64,000 bases of DNA from Candidatus Heteroclostridium caecigallinarum (GTDB lineage: Bacteria > Bacillota > Clostridia > Christensenellales > CAG-314). The notes under the pieces are model-generated. The model saw only the letters and a list, made by a program, of their open reading frames with translations, was not told where the DNA came from and searched no databases. Positions 1 through 9,088 of this stretch are shown piece by piece; position 1 is the first letter of the stretch; each line of letters starts with the position of its first letter. The stretch lies in the NCBI GenBank assembly GCA_904419725.1, contig CAJFSP010000002.1, positions 1,305-65,304 of the forward strand, given 5' to 3'. The translations under genes were made by a program, and so were the position numbers.

Positions 1-105
1 AAGGCTGGTCGGCATGTCGAAAAACGGCTCTTCGTTGGGGTTGATTGAATAGCGCTTGTCCACACGCAGAAATTGCTGCATGAGTTCCGCCGGAATATTG
101 CTCAT
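1..105 (-). CDS. Phage structural-module protein, first 35 codons only (continues off the left edge)
   Basis: The ATG at 105 overlaps the TGA of the upstream gene (ATGA). It reads MSNIPAELMQQFLRVDKRYSINPNEEPFFDMPTSL to the window edge. Confidence 0.4.
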   Translation of the reverse strand, partial: MSNIPAELMQQFLRVDKRYSINPNEEPFFDMPTSL

Positions 106-1505
106 AATTCCTCACCCCCGTACGACACTTCGAACACAGGCTTGACGACAAGCGGTTCCGCCGCGTCGGTGCAAAGTTCAAAACGGAACAGACTGCCCGT
201 GACGCTTGTTTTGAAACGCCTGTAATCTTTGCCGCCGCTTATATCCAGCGAATATTCCCTGCCGTCGGCAATTATTTTGACGGTAAGCGCTCTGCGCGAA
301 TAAACATTGACCGCGGTCACGGTTTTTTTGCCGAGTATGCCCAGGTCGCTTTCCGCCGTGCGCCACGCTTTGGGCAAAGGCGCGCCGAACCAACAGCCGC
401 TGTCAGTCACTTCGCCTATTTTGCCGCCGCTCACGAAATACAGTCTGTCGGCGGCGCTCATGCATGAAATATCCATGCCCCTGCTGACCGAAACGCTTCC
501 GCCCTGCGAAACTTTAATCAGAGCGTTGTTCCGGTAATCGGATTTTTCACACAGGACGCGCTTGCCGTCGCCGAAATCCACCCTGCACGCCAGGTAATAA
601 CTCCCCCTGTAAACGCAGGCGTTTTCATCGCCGCGGACGGTTATCCTGCCGCCGAGGTCGGCGACACGCTCGACGCCGTTTCCGTCAAAGACGCATATGC
701 CGTCGTCCGACAGAAAATACACGCCTCCGCCGCACACCTTTACCGTGCCGGGGACTGTCCCGCAGCCCGCCGCGAAAACCCTTTTGACGGAAAAATCGTC
801 CTGCGGGGCTTTCGCTTCCGCTTCGGCTATGGCGTTTTCGCCGAACAGATACAGTCTGTCGTCAAAAGACGCCAACGCTTTTATGCCGCCGAAACCGTCC
901 ATCGGCGTAACGTACCCGCCGCCGGAATAATCTTCCGTCCAATCGGTCGGGTCGAGTTCTTTGCTGAACAGCGCTTTTCTGTCATCGCCAGCGGAAACGC
1001 CGAAAATCCTTTCGTAATACACCGCCATGCTGCCCGGCGCAATCGCAGCGCCGCAATCGGTAACATTCGCGCCGTCGTAAAGGCGCAGCCCCGAGCCGTC
1101 GCAAAACAGCAGGCACCGCTTGCCGCCGTAATCATACGGCATCATCTGCACGTTGCCCGTTGTGCCGCAGACCGACACCGCTTCTTCGGGATTATCCGCC
1201 GGGTACAGTTCCAGACCGCCCGACGGAGAAACAACGGCAATATATTGTCTTTTGCCGCCGCCGAAATCCAGCGTAAGGCATGCCATGCTTTTGGCGTCGG
1301 AAAAGAAAACCGAAGCGCCGAGCCTCGGTTTGTCAAATCCCAAACCCTGTCTCAGCGCTCCGTAATTTCCTTCCGTGTTGAAACAAACGTCGGCGCAGGC
1401 GGCGGAAAAGGCGCCGGAAACGCCGTTCATCCCGCCGGAAAAGTCATCCAGCGCGACGAGTTTTTTCGCCCGCTCCTTAACTGCAAGACTTTTGCGGTAG
1501 AACAT
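102..1505 (-). CDS. Phage neck/tail-hub-like structural protein, 467 aa, possibly P22 gp10-like
   Basis: Long ORF in the late module. The ATG at 1505 has GGAGG 8 nt upstream and a TGATG overlap with the preceding gene; the track start at 1514 is a GTG too close to the SD. Size and position after a ~190-aa neck gene resemble P22 gp4/gp10. The function is inferred from synteny only. Confidence 0.5.
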   Translation of the reverse strand: MFYRKSLAVKERAKKLVALDDFSGGMNGVSGAFSAACADVCFNTEGNYGALRQGLGFDKPRLGASVFFSDAKSMACLTLDFGGGKRQYIAVVSPSGGLELYPADNPEEAVSVCGTTGNVQMMPYDYGGKRCLLFCDGSGLRLYDGANVTDCGAAIAPGSMAVYYERIFGVSAGDDRKALFSKELDPTDWTEDYSGGGYVTPMDGFGGIKALASFDDRLYLFGENAIAEAEAKAPQDDFSVKRVFAAGCGTVPGTVKVCGGGVYFLSDDGICVFDGNGVERVADLGGRITVRGDENACVYRGSYYLACRVDFGDGKRVLCEKSDYRNNALIKVSQGGSVSVSRGMDISCMSAADRLYFVSGGKIGEVTDSGCWFGAPLPKAWRTAESDLGILGKKTVTAVNVYSRRALTVKIIADGREYSLDISGGKDYRRFKTSVTGSLFRFELCTDAAEPLVVKPVFEVSYGGEEL

Positions 1506-2086
1506 CACCACCACCTCCGCCTGGGCATGATGACCTCGGTAGTCTTTCTGGTGGCGACGGTGAGCGCGTCTTTATAGCGCCTTTCCCACATAAGCGCCTC
1601 GTCGTAATTGCCGCTTATCAGGCAGAACTCCGCCGCCGCCCCGTATGCGAACACCCTGTCGCCCGCTTTTGTCCCGCCGAAATCCACGTCGTCGAAAAAA
1701 CCCTTGTCCTGCGGCACGAAGGCGTACGAAACTTCAAAAACACCGTCTTCCACCGCGACGTAATCGGGCAGGGCGAAATATCTCACGTCCTCGCCGTTAA
1801 GGTTTTTCACCGACTTGATTTCCAGCAGGGTTTTTTCGAAATCGCCGTAGTCGATTTTTCCTTCCACGGCAGTCATTGTCTGTCTGTGAATGAGTTGTAT
1901 ATAATCGCAGGCGACTTCTTTAAGCACAAGGTTTACGCAGCGGATAAGCAGCCGCAGTTCGCGGTTGTCGGCAAGCTGGCTTTTGACGAAATCGTCCTGC
2001 GGCTCGCCGTTGAATACGCCGCCGGCAAGGAGGTCGTGCTTTTGCAGCAATACCGCCGTAAGTTCCGCAATATCTCTGATTTTCAT
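1505..2086 (-). CDS. Phage head-tail adaptor/head completion-like protein, 193 aa
   Basis: ATG preceded by AAGGAGA. It lies between the capsid and the 467-aa neck gene. No motif was recognised. Confidence 0.45.
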   Translation of the reverse strand: MKIRDIAELTAVLLQKHDLLAGGVFNGEPQDDFVKSQLADNRELRLLIRCVNLVLKEVACDYIQLIHRQTMTAVEGKIDYGDFEKTLLEIKSVKNLNGEDVRYFALPDYVAVEDGVFEVSYAFVPQDKGFFDDVDFGGTKAGDRVFAYGAAAEFCLISGNYDEALMWERRYKDALTVATRKTTEVIMPRRRWW

Positions 2087-2101
2087 TGAAATCTCCTTGT
2101 T

Positions 2102-2449
2102 TCAGACGGAAAGACGGCGCGACGTTTCTTCGCCCTCTGTCAGATATCGTTCAGCCGCCCGCCGCGCCGCCTCTCTTTCGAGGCGGGCGTTGTGCTCTTC
2201 CATCTCCCTTATTCTGTCCGCCATGTGCTCTTTTCGGGTGCTGATGACCAAATCGACGGCGCGGCAGTCCAATGTATCATATGGCAGAACCAATGACAAT
2301 GTGTCGGGAGACTGCGCCGCGCTGTGGATTTCGAACCGTCCGAGTTCCGTGTCGTACATGACGAAATAATCGGGGGAAATTTCTTTAAGGCGGTCTGCTA
2401 TGTCGAATACGTCGTGTGTGATTTTCACCTTATGGCTGTAACGCCGCAC
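2102..2449 (-). CDS. Phage hypothetical protein, 115 aa
   Basis: GTG start with AGGAGGA 8 nt upstream, immediately downstream of the capsid gene. The C-terminal half is Arg/Glu-rich and helical. Confidence 0.45.
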   Translation of the reverse strand: MRRYSHKVKITHDVFDIADRLKEISPDYFVMYDTELGRFEIHSAAQSPDTLSLVLPYDTLDCRAVDLVISTRKEHMADRIREMEEHNARLEREAARRAAERYLTEGEETSRRLSV

Positions 2450-2467
2450 CGTTTTGTTCCTCCTGTG

Positions 2468-3634
2468 TTATTTCTCGGTTATGCCGCTGATTTTCGCCTG
2501 GCCGCTCGGTTTATCGCAGATAAGATCGGCGTATTTGACAAGAGTGGCGGTATATACCGGCTTGCCGGCGACTTGTCTGATGATTTTGCCGTTGTCGCCT
2601 TCGAGCCATCTCCAATCGCAGAGCTGGTGCAGATGGAATTCCGTCGTGTCGAGAACGTACATCGTGCCGGAAGGCGCGAACCTGTCGCTGACGACAGGGA
2701 TACCGTTGTAAGAAATCGCCTTGTAGCCGCCCGCCAGATTCATGATGTCGACGTTGCTCTTGTTTTCGGTAAGATATTCCTGATAGGCTCTCTTTACGCC
2801 GAACGAGCAGACGATAAAGTCGGCTTTGCTGCCCGCCACTTCGTCCATTTCGTCAATTACTTTCTGAATGGTTACGTCGTCGATGGCGGTTGATGTGTAA
2901 GAACGCGGGTTAAGCCATTTGTTGGCGGTCTTGGACAGTCCGTAAAGGGTGCTGCCCGTGCCGAAAATCGCGCCGAGACCCGTCAGTTCGTTTTTGTAAC
3001 TGCCCTGCACGGTTATGATGTTGCCCTTTGTGAGCGTGCTTGCAGGTATTGCGTTGCCGGACAGGGTGATTGTTTTTGAACTTCTGTCTATGCTCGTGAT
3101 TCTTCTGCCGGCGACGCCCGTCGACGCGCCCTCCGACGTCAGCGCGTCGACCACCATGCCCTCGATGAGATTCTGCACCGAAGCGACAACCACGTTGTTG
3201 CCGCTTGCCGATTCCACCGTGGTGAGAGTGCCCGTGCCGTCGCCGTACAGCATACGGCCGAAATTGAACTTGCTGGCTTTGAGCAGGCCTTCCATTTCGG
3301 CGTTAAGCAGGTTGACAAAGGCGCCCGCGTTGTTTTGCGACGCCCTTATCGCCTTGTCGGAAATCTCGATGGTGCCGTAAAGGTTTTTGAGCGTGAGCAC
3401 AAACTGCGCGTAATTGTTTTCCGCCGCTGCCGGCAGGTCGCCGGTTTCGGTGCCGGCGCCTATACCGCCGTTGATGCCGTACGGCGCGAGTTTGCGTATT
3501 TCTTTGCCCCATACGTCGCTGGCGGTCTGTTCAATCGCCGCCAACAGCGGGTTGACGTTTGTGTTGAGTTGATCCGAAACCACGCCAAGATACAAAGTTT
3601 TGAGCGCGTTTTCGGCGCTTTGCAATGTTACCAT
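2468..3634 (-). CDS. Phage major capsid protein (HK97-fold type), 388 aa
   Basis: GGAGGG SD. Position after portal and scaffold, and size and composition typical of Firmicutes phage major capsid proteins. Confidence 0.75.
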   Translation of the reverse strand: MVTLQSAENALKTLYLGVVSDQLNTNVNPLLAAIEQTASDVWGKEIRKLAPYGINGGIGAGTETGDLPAAAENNYAQFVLTLKNLYGTIEISDKAIRASQNNAGAFVNLLNAEMEGLLKASKFNFGRMLYGDGTGTLTTVESASGNNVVVASVQNLIEGMVVDALTSEGASTGVAGRRITSIDRSSKTITLSGNAIPASTLTKGNIITVQGSYKNELTGLGAIFGTGSTLYGLSKTANKWLNPRSYTSTAIDDVTIQKVIDEMDEVAGSKADFIVCSFGVKRAYQEYLTENKSNVDIMNLAGGYKAISYNGIPVVSDRFAPSGTMYVLDTTEFHLHQLCDWRWLEGDNGKIIRQVAGKPVYTATLVKYADLICDKPSGQAKISGITEK

Positions 3635-3646
3635 TTTCCCTCCGAA

Positions 3647-4171
3647 TTATTTTTCGAAAAATTTTTCCGCCAGCCTCGACGCTTCTTTGATGCTTCTTGG
3701 CTTTTTTGGCGGTGTGAGCGGCATTTTGCCGCTTCTTCCGTTGATTACGCTGGGCGCTTCGTTCCGTGACAGACCGTCTATGTATCTCCTCATGACCTCG
3801 CGCGTAATGTCTTTGTTGGAGTAAACGTACTTCTCCAAAAACCCGTCCAGCGTTTCTTCTTCGGGCGAAACGTCGGGGTTGCCCGCGGCGGCTTGTCCGC
3901 CGTCCGAAGTTTCGTCCGTCTGCGCGGCGCGCGGTGAATCCTCATTATCGCGCGCCAAAGCCTTTTCAAGTTCTTTCAGCCGCTGGCTTCTTCTCGTGAA
4001 CTCCCTTTCCAGGTTTTCGTAAGCCGCGAGAAGCCCTTCGGCGTCGGCGAACTTGCCGTATTTCATTTTTCCCTCGGCGGTCTGGGCGTCGGCGCGGTCC
4101 GCGACACGCTCACCCGCCTGAGCGGTGTTTTCCTCAGCCGCGGCGTTTTCTTTGTTTTCAATTTCTTTCAC
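3647..4171 (-). CDS. Phage scaffolding protein, 174 aa
   Basis: GTG start with GGAGGA SD. Acidic, Ala/Glu-rich, coiled-coil-like protein between portal and capsid. Confidence 0.6.
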   Translation of the reverse strand: MKEIENKENAAAEENTAQAGERVADRADAQTAEGKMKYGKFADAEGLLAAYENLEREFTRRSQRLKELEKALARDNEDSPRAAQTDETSDGGQAAAGNPDVSPEEETLDGFLEKYVYSNKDITREVMRRYIDGLSRNEAPSVINGRSGKMPLTPPKKPRSIKEASRLAEKFFEK

Positions 4172-4187
4172 CTTGTTCCTCCGTTAA

Positions 4188-5807
4188 TTACTGCCAGTCG
4201 GCAAAGCCCGTCAGCCGCAAAATCTTTTTCTTTGTTTCCTCGCTCAGTTTGCCGTCGCTGTCGTACAGCACGCCCGCGGTAAGCAGCTGAAACATCATGC
4301 TGCGTTTCTGCGACGTGGTATCGTTGACTTCGCTTGTGGTGTCAAGCACTATGCCGTCGTCGGAAATATCTTCCGCCGTGAAACTCATGACCTCGATTTT
4401 GTCTTTGCGCACGGCGCGTATTGTTCTCGGGGTGAGCGCGAACTGTCTGTAAAGCCTGAGTATCATTTCGCCGCACTCTTTAACCGCGAAACGCATTTCG
4501 TCAGACGTCGCCGCCAACCTGGTGTCGTCCTGGTCGACAAGCAGTTGCAGCGCCACGCCGCTGGTCACGTTTGTAGGCGTGGCGGAGTTGCGGCTGAGTT
4601 CGCTGGTGCCGCTGATGACCATAAACTCGTTGATAAGCCTTTCTTCCTCATAAGTGAAGTCGATGGGCACACTGCCGCCGTCCATCATTTTAGGCGGCTC
4701 GCTGCCCTGCCTGTAAATAAGCACCTTGCCCGGCGAAAGACCTTCTTCCTGCAAATTGTCCACGTCGACGGAGCCGTCTTCCACGGTAAGCACGCCCATG
4801 GCTATGCGGTTGAGAAACTCGTGCTTGCGGTTTTTGACGGCGTTGTAAGCTCTTTGTATTGGAATCAGCCTGTCTATAACGCTGCTGCCCCAGAAACAAC
4901 CCGCCACCGTCTGCGACAGTTGCCTGACAAACGGAAATCCGCGCTGTCCGTCCCGCCTGTTTATGTACGGCAGAGGTCCGTCAAACAGCAGTTTGTCTCC
5001 GGCGACTATGGTAAGCCTGCCGTCGGGGTCGGTTTCGTCGGGACGGACGTATCTTTCAATCACGATGACCTGCCCGCTTTTCTTTTCCGACGTGACGCCT
5101 GGCGCCGCCGAACTGTACCCCAGCCCGCCGACGGCTACGGCGCCGTCCAGCGCGAAAACGTTTATGTCTTCGCCGGCCACGTCTACGCCCCACGTCTTTT
5201 TGACGTCTTCGGCGGCGTACGCTTTGGCGTGGATTATCGAGCGGCAGTCTTCCACCGTCTGCGACACGTTGCTGTCGGGATATATCTCGAAAGGCGGGCA
5301 GACGGAAATTTCCACGTCGCCTTCGTGCACCGCTCTGCCGTCTCCCGTTTCGCCGAGTTTTCTGCCTTTGTTTTTATCCCACGAGATTTTATAAAACACG
5401 CTTCCGCATGTTTCGCTCCACATCGTCGCCTGGGAAATTTTCTGCGGCAGGCTGATTGTTTCGCACGCCGCTTCCAGAATCTTTGCCGAAACGTCGGCGG
5501 CCTTTATGTCTTCTTTCGACGACGAAAAAGGCATTACCGTCATTTTCGGGCGCACCCTTTCGAGTTTCGCAACCCTGGTTTCCACAATAGGCGCGATATG
5601 GTTATACGCCTCGCGCTCCTGCCAGAAAAAATATTTCTCGTCCTGGCGGATGTCGCCCCTGTCCGTGATGTTGCAAAACTGATTGCCCATCAGAAAATTC
5701 ATGTTGAGCTGCCACATGAGTTCATACGGACGTCTGGCTTCTCTCCGCGCGGCGAAATCTTCTTTGACTTCGCGCACGATATCTTCGTAAAACTGCTTAT
5801 CCTCCAC
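4188..5807 (-). CDS. Phage portal protein, 539 aa
   Basis: Size, position between terminase and scaffold, and an N-terminal region (YELMWQLNMNFLMGNQF, NHIAPIVETRVAKL) typical of portal proteins. GTG start with GGAG upstream. Confidence 0.8.
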   Translation of the reverse strand: MEDKQFYEDIVREVKEDFAARREARRPYELMWQLNMNFLMGNQFCNITDRGDIRQDEKYFFWQEREAYNHIAPIVETRVAKLERVRPKMTVMPFSSSKEDIKAADVSAKILEAACETISLPQKISQATMWSETCGSVFYKISWDKNKGRKLGETGDGRAVHEGDVEISVCPPFEIYPDSNVSQTVEDCRSIIHAKAYAAEDVKKTWGVDVAGEDINVFALDGAVAVGGLGYSSAAPGVTSEKKSGQVIVIERYVRPDETDPDGRLTIVAGDKLLFDGPLPYINRRDGQRGFPFVRQLSQTVAGCFWGSSVIDRLIPIQRAYNAVKNRKHEFLNRIAMGVLTVEDGSVDVDNLQEEGLSPGKVLIYRQGSEPPKMMDGGSVPIDFTYEEERLINEFMVISGTSELSRNSATPTNVTSGVALQLLVDQDDTRLAATSDEMRFAVKECGEMILRLYRQFALTPRTIRAVRKDKIEVMSFTAEDISDDGIVLDTTSEVNDTTSQKRSMMFQLLTAGVLYDSDGKLSEETKKKILRLTGFADWQ

Positions 5808-6033
5808 TTCTTATAACTCCTTCTCTTTCTTCCGCGCCCGACGCTATTTTGTTGCGCGGGCTTTTAGGCACCATTGCGCGCGACAAATCGTCGAACATAG
5901 CGGCGGCGCACTCCGCGCACAGCCTGATTTTTCTGCCCGACACCCTGGCGGCGAAACCGTACGCCGCTTTGCCATGGCAGCCTTTGACGGAACATCCGCC
6001 GCCTTTTCCCGAATATGTTTCAAGTATCTTCAT
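5797..6033 (-). CDS. Small phage zinc-ribbon protein, 78 aa
   Basis: Cys pairs CSVKGC and CAEC. Overlaps both neighbours in the late module. Confidence 0.4.
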   Translation of the reverse strand: MKILETYSGKGGGCSVKGCHGKAAYGFAARVSGRKIRLCAECAAAMFDDLSRAMVPKSPRNKIASGAEEREGVIRSGG

Positions 6034-6310
6034 CTTTCCCCAGCAGGCTTTCCAGCCTTTGCTTTTCCTCCATCAGCCGTTCGTCGCTCATGGACGTCAA
6101 ATCGAAACTTTTGTCGCCCGTTATTTCGTACAGCAATTTCGCAGCCGACAAATCGGGCGGAACCTGTTTTTTTGTTATCTTGCGTTTGACGAGTTTCATT
6201 CCGCCGTCATACGGGTCGGCGACAAGTTCGTCGACGCTTTCTTCGGCGACGTACCCCACAGCCTTTTTGTACAGCGCCTCGCGCAGAGCCTTGTCTATTT
6301 TCCCTTTCAC
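6020..6310 (-). CDS. Small phage protein, 96 aa, with weak resemblance to the C-terminal part of small terminase subunits
   Basis: The GTG at 6310 overlaps the TerL TGA (GTGA). The upstream part of track ORF 6020..6469 lies inside terL and is discounted. The segment KLVKRKITKKQVPPDLSAAKLLYEITG recalls TerS tails. Confidence 0.35.
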   Translation of the reverse strand: MKGKIDKALREALYKKAVGYVAEESVDELVADPYDGGMKLVKRKITKKQVPPDLSAAKLLYEITGDKSFDLTSMSDERLMEEKQRLESLLGKDEDT

Positions 6311-7764
6311 GCACCGCTCCGTCTGCGCATGAGTTTTTCCTTGTCCTTCTGAATAATCGACTTGGGTACGTTCTGCTTTGCCGCCTCGGGTCTGGACATG
6401 ACGTAATATCTCAGTTCGTCCATGCTGTGGTCGTCGATTTTTTTGGGGCTGTCGCCTTCTCCCCACCAATACGATTTTATTTCCCTAATCATATTGACGC
6501 AGTTTTCAAATATAAACAGCCGCGGTTTGCCTTCCGCCGACATAAGACAGCCCTTGACCCTGTTGATTCCGCTGAACAGGTCTTTGTTGACCCTGGTGTT
6601 TACGGAAATGCCGTTTTCGGCAAACAGTTCCGCCACGCTTTTGGACGAAGCCAGCGTCCTCTGGTTTGCCGCCGAGTCGATAAGGGCTGAATATCCGCCG
6701 AAAGAATCGGCGTGCCAACCCAGTTCGGCGCACTTTTCCTTGATGCGCGCCGAATGCCAGTAGATATCCCTGCCTTTCGCGTAATGTTCGGCTACAACGT
6801 AAATATTTCCGTCGAAATCCACCGCGTACCAGTGGCAGCTCAGCGGATTGTTCAGCCCCGGGTCGATGGACATTGTGTCCTGCCACTCGGGCGGCACGTC
6901 GAAAGGCGGAATGACATGCACCGACGGGTCAAACTCGGGATACACCAGCCCGACGGAAGCGTTGAACCTGCCGTATCTGCGGCTTTCCAGGCTTTCCGCC
7001 GACATGCCGGCGCTCATCGCGGCGGTTTCGGTTTTGTCAAGATACGGGTTGTCGTCCCACTCCATAAATTCGCACCAGACTTCGTCGGAATCGAATTTGT
7101 TGAGATAAATTTCGTCATACACGAATGTCAGCCCTTTGAGCGGCGTCATTGTGCCGAAAATTTCGCCTTTTCTGTCCAGCACGCGCATTTTGCACTCGTC
7201 GTAAATATCCTTGGGCGGCTCTTCGTCAAACCAAACGAAATCCAGACTGGCGCCCTGAAATTTTTCCCGTCCCGCCTCGCAACTTTTGAAACCTATTCTG
7301 CTTTGGCCGCCGAACACGTTTTTGATGACTATATAGTCTATAACGCCGTATTCGGGGCTGTTTTTTTTGCCTGTCAGCATCGATATTTCCTCAATCCACG
7401 ACGGGTCGAGATACGACAGTATTTTGCGCTGCGCCACGTCTCGCTGCACCTGCCCCGAAAGCGACACCACCCAGCAGCTGACGTCCTTTTTATTTGGACG
7501 GTAAGGATGTATGCCCCTCGCCAGCCACACCGTTTCCACGGCGCCGCACTCCGTCTTGCCGCTTCTGTTGCCGCCGAAAACCCATCTGTTGCGTTTTCGG
7601 CATTTGTGAAACGCCATCTGTTTGAGATGAACTTTACCGCCGCTGTTGTACAAATTGATTTTCAGCCCGCGCCTGCGTTCGAGTTCCTGATTTATCTTTT
7701 CCAGCCGTTCGGCGAGGCTCGTCCTTTTCCCCACCGTTTGTTTTTTTTCTACAATAGTTGTCAT
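6307..7764 (-). CDS. terL: Phage terminase large subunit, 485 aa
   Basis: Walker A GGNRSGKT, Walker B LDFVWFDEE, nuclease-domain Asp motifs SIDPG and DDHSMDELRY. Confidence 0.88.
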   Translation of the reverse strand: MTTIVEKKQTVGKRTSLAERLEKINQELERRRGLKINLYNSGGKVHLKQMAFHKCRKRNRWVFGGNRSGKTECGAVETVWLARGIHPYRPNKKDVSCWVVSLSGQVQRDVAQRKILSYLDPSWIEEISMLTGKKNSPEYGVIDYIVIKNVFGGQSRIGFKSCEAGREKFQGASLDFVWFDEEPPKDIYDECKMRVLDRKGEIFGTMTPLKGLTFVYDEIYLNKFDSDEVWCEFMEWDDNPYLDKTETAAMSAGMSAESLESRRYGRFNASVGLVYPEFDPSVHVIPPFDVPPEWQDTMSIDPGLNNPLSCHWYAVDFDGNIYVVAEHYAKGRDIYWHSARIKEKCAELGWHADSFGGYSALIDSAANQRTLASSKSVAELFAENGISVNTRVNKDLFSGINRVKGCLMSAEGKPRLFIFENCVNMIREIKSYWWGEGDSPKKIDDHSMDELRYYVMSRPEAAKQNVPKSIIQKDKEKLMRRRSGA

Positions 7765-7810
7765 AATGCAAACAGGTTTTTTTTCTATACTGTGCCGGCG
7801 AGGAAGAGTT

Positions 7811-8569
7811 ATGAAAAAAGCGCTTGAAATTTTGTGTATCTGCTGTCTGTTTGCCGCGTCGGCGCCTATTCCGGCCGCCGCCGCTGCCGGCGGCGGCTGG
7901 TACAGAGTAACGGACGACGGAGTCGGGTTTTACTCACAACCGTCCGACGCGTCGGACGCGCTGTTCACGCTGGAAAAAACATATTACATATACGCTTCGG
8001 CAGAGACAGGCGGATATCTCGAAGTATCGCTCTTCGACAACACCGGCGGTTTCGCGCGGATAAGCGGATACGTCAAAGCGGCGGACGTCGAAGAAAGCCT
8101 CACCCCCGCCGAACCGGTTTATCCCACCGAAACGCTTACGGTAACGGCGGGAACCGTGCTTAAAAGCGGCGCAGACCCGTCGTCGGCGGACATCGCCGCC
8201 GTGGTGAGCGGCAGAACCGCGTATTATTACGGCGAAGCGCCGTCGGGCGGGTGGTATTACGTCAGGTACGACAACGCTTTCGGTTATATCAGCGCCGGCT
8301 GCGTGTCGGCGCCTGACATAGCGCCGCACCCCACTCCCATCGGCCCCGAGCCGGAGCCGGAGCCGCCGGCTGACGACGACCAACAGACCGCCGCGCCGGC
8401 CGATACGTCCACGGGCGAAATCATACTCATTGTGCTTATCTGCGTGCCCGCCGTTGTGATTGTGCTGCTGCTTTTCATGCCGCAGAAAAACGGCGGTAAA
8501 AAACCCCGTCCGCCAAGACCCAAATACATGTCGGACAACGACACCTTCGATGACCTGGATTTACTCTGA
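7811..8569 (+). CDS. Membrane-anchored secreted protein with SH3b-like repeats, 252 aa
   Basis: ATG at 7811 with GAGGAAG SD. Signal peptide MKKALEILCICCLFAASAPIPAAAAA, two GWY..V.....G(F/Y)(I/V) SH3b-like units, a PEPEPEPP linker, a C-terminal TM helix and a basic tail. Confidence 0.6.
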   Translation: MKKALEILCICCLFAASAPIPAAAAAGGGWYRVTDDGVGFYSQPSDASDALFTLEKTYYIYASAETGGYLEVSLFDNTGGFARISGYVKAADVEESLTPAEPVYPTETLTVTAGTVLKSGADPSSADIAAVVSGRTAYYYGEAPSGGWYYVRYDNAFGYISAGCVSAPDIAPHPTPIGPEPEPEPPADDDQQTAAPADTSTGEIILIVLICVPAVVIVLLLFMPQKNGGKKPRPPRPKYMSDNDTFDDLDLL

Positions 8570-9070
8570 CAAAGCCGCCGATGCGGCTTTTTTCGCGCCG
8601 TCAAACTTTTTGTCGAACACGGCGCGATAGAGATTTTTGAGCCAACTCTGGTCGAAATAATTTTCCGCAAACCATTTTTCGTCACAGCCCCGCGCGCAGC
8701 ACTCGCAGGCGAAAGTTTTCATCGCCTTTTCAAGTCTGCGGAAATACGTTCTCACGCTCAGCCCGAGCCGCCCCGTAACGGCGTCCCTGTCTTCTTTTGT
8801 GACGTATCTGGCAACGAGAATCTCCCTGCTTTCGTCGCCCAGCGCCGAAAGAATTTCGTCGGTGGTTATTTTCAGATTGATGAGAGCGTTTTTCTTGTTC
8901 ATCAGTTTTATAATCTCTTCCACCTGCCTTTCGGCGCCCAGACACACGCAGTCGCTTTTAAGCGAATGGGTAAGCACCGCCCGCCTGTAAACGAGACGGT
9001 CGATTTGCTCAGCCATGGATTCCAGCGAGGCGTACGCCCTGAGCATTGTTTCTGCTATAACCAAGTTCAT
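8561..9070 (-). CDS. ArpU-family / sigma-70 region-4-like phage late transcriptional regulator, 169 aa
   Basis: AAGGAGA SD. HTH segment ESREILVARYV...LGLSVRTYFRRLEKAMKTFA with the architecture of ArpU/RinA-type late activators. A small-terminase role cannot be excluded. Confidence 0.5.
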   Translation of the reverse strand: MNLVIAETMLRAYASLESMAEQIDRLVYRRAVLTHSLKSDCVCLGAERQVEEIIKLMNKKNALINLKITTDEILSALGDESREILVARYVTKEDRDAVTGRLGLSVRTYFRRLEKAMKTFACECCARGCDEKWFAENYFDQSWLKNLYRAVFDKKFDGAKKAASAALSE

Positions 9071-9088
9071 TTCTTCTCCTTATTTTCC

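Larger units (their letters stand above)
1..9070 (-). mobile_element. Phage-derived late-gene module (packaging, head, neck), truncated by the left window edge, with an ArpU-like regulator at its right end
   Basis: Co-oriented run of TerL, portal, scaffold, HK97-type capsid and neck-like genes with overlapping stops and starts. No integrase, repressor or replication genes lie to the right of the regulator. Confidence 0.7.

Noticed and set aside
6311-6469. The upstream 53 codons of ORF 6020-6469, overlapping the terL 3' end.
   Set aside because: The Arg-rich translation lies inside terL. A GTG that overlaps the terL stop codon (GTGA) gives a coupled 96-aa product instead.
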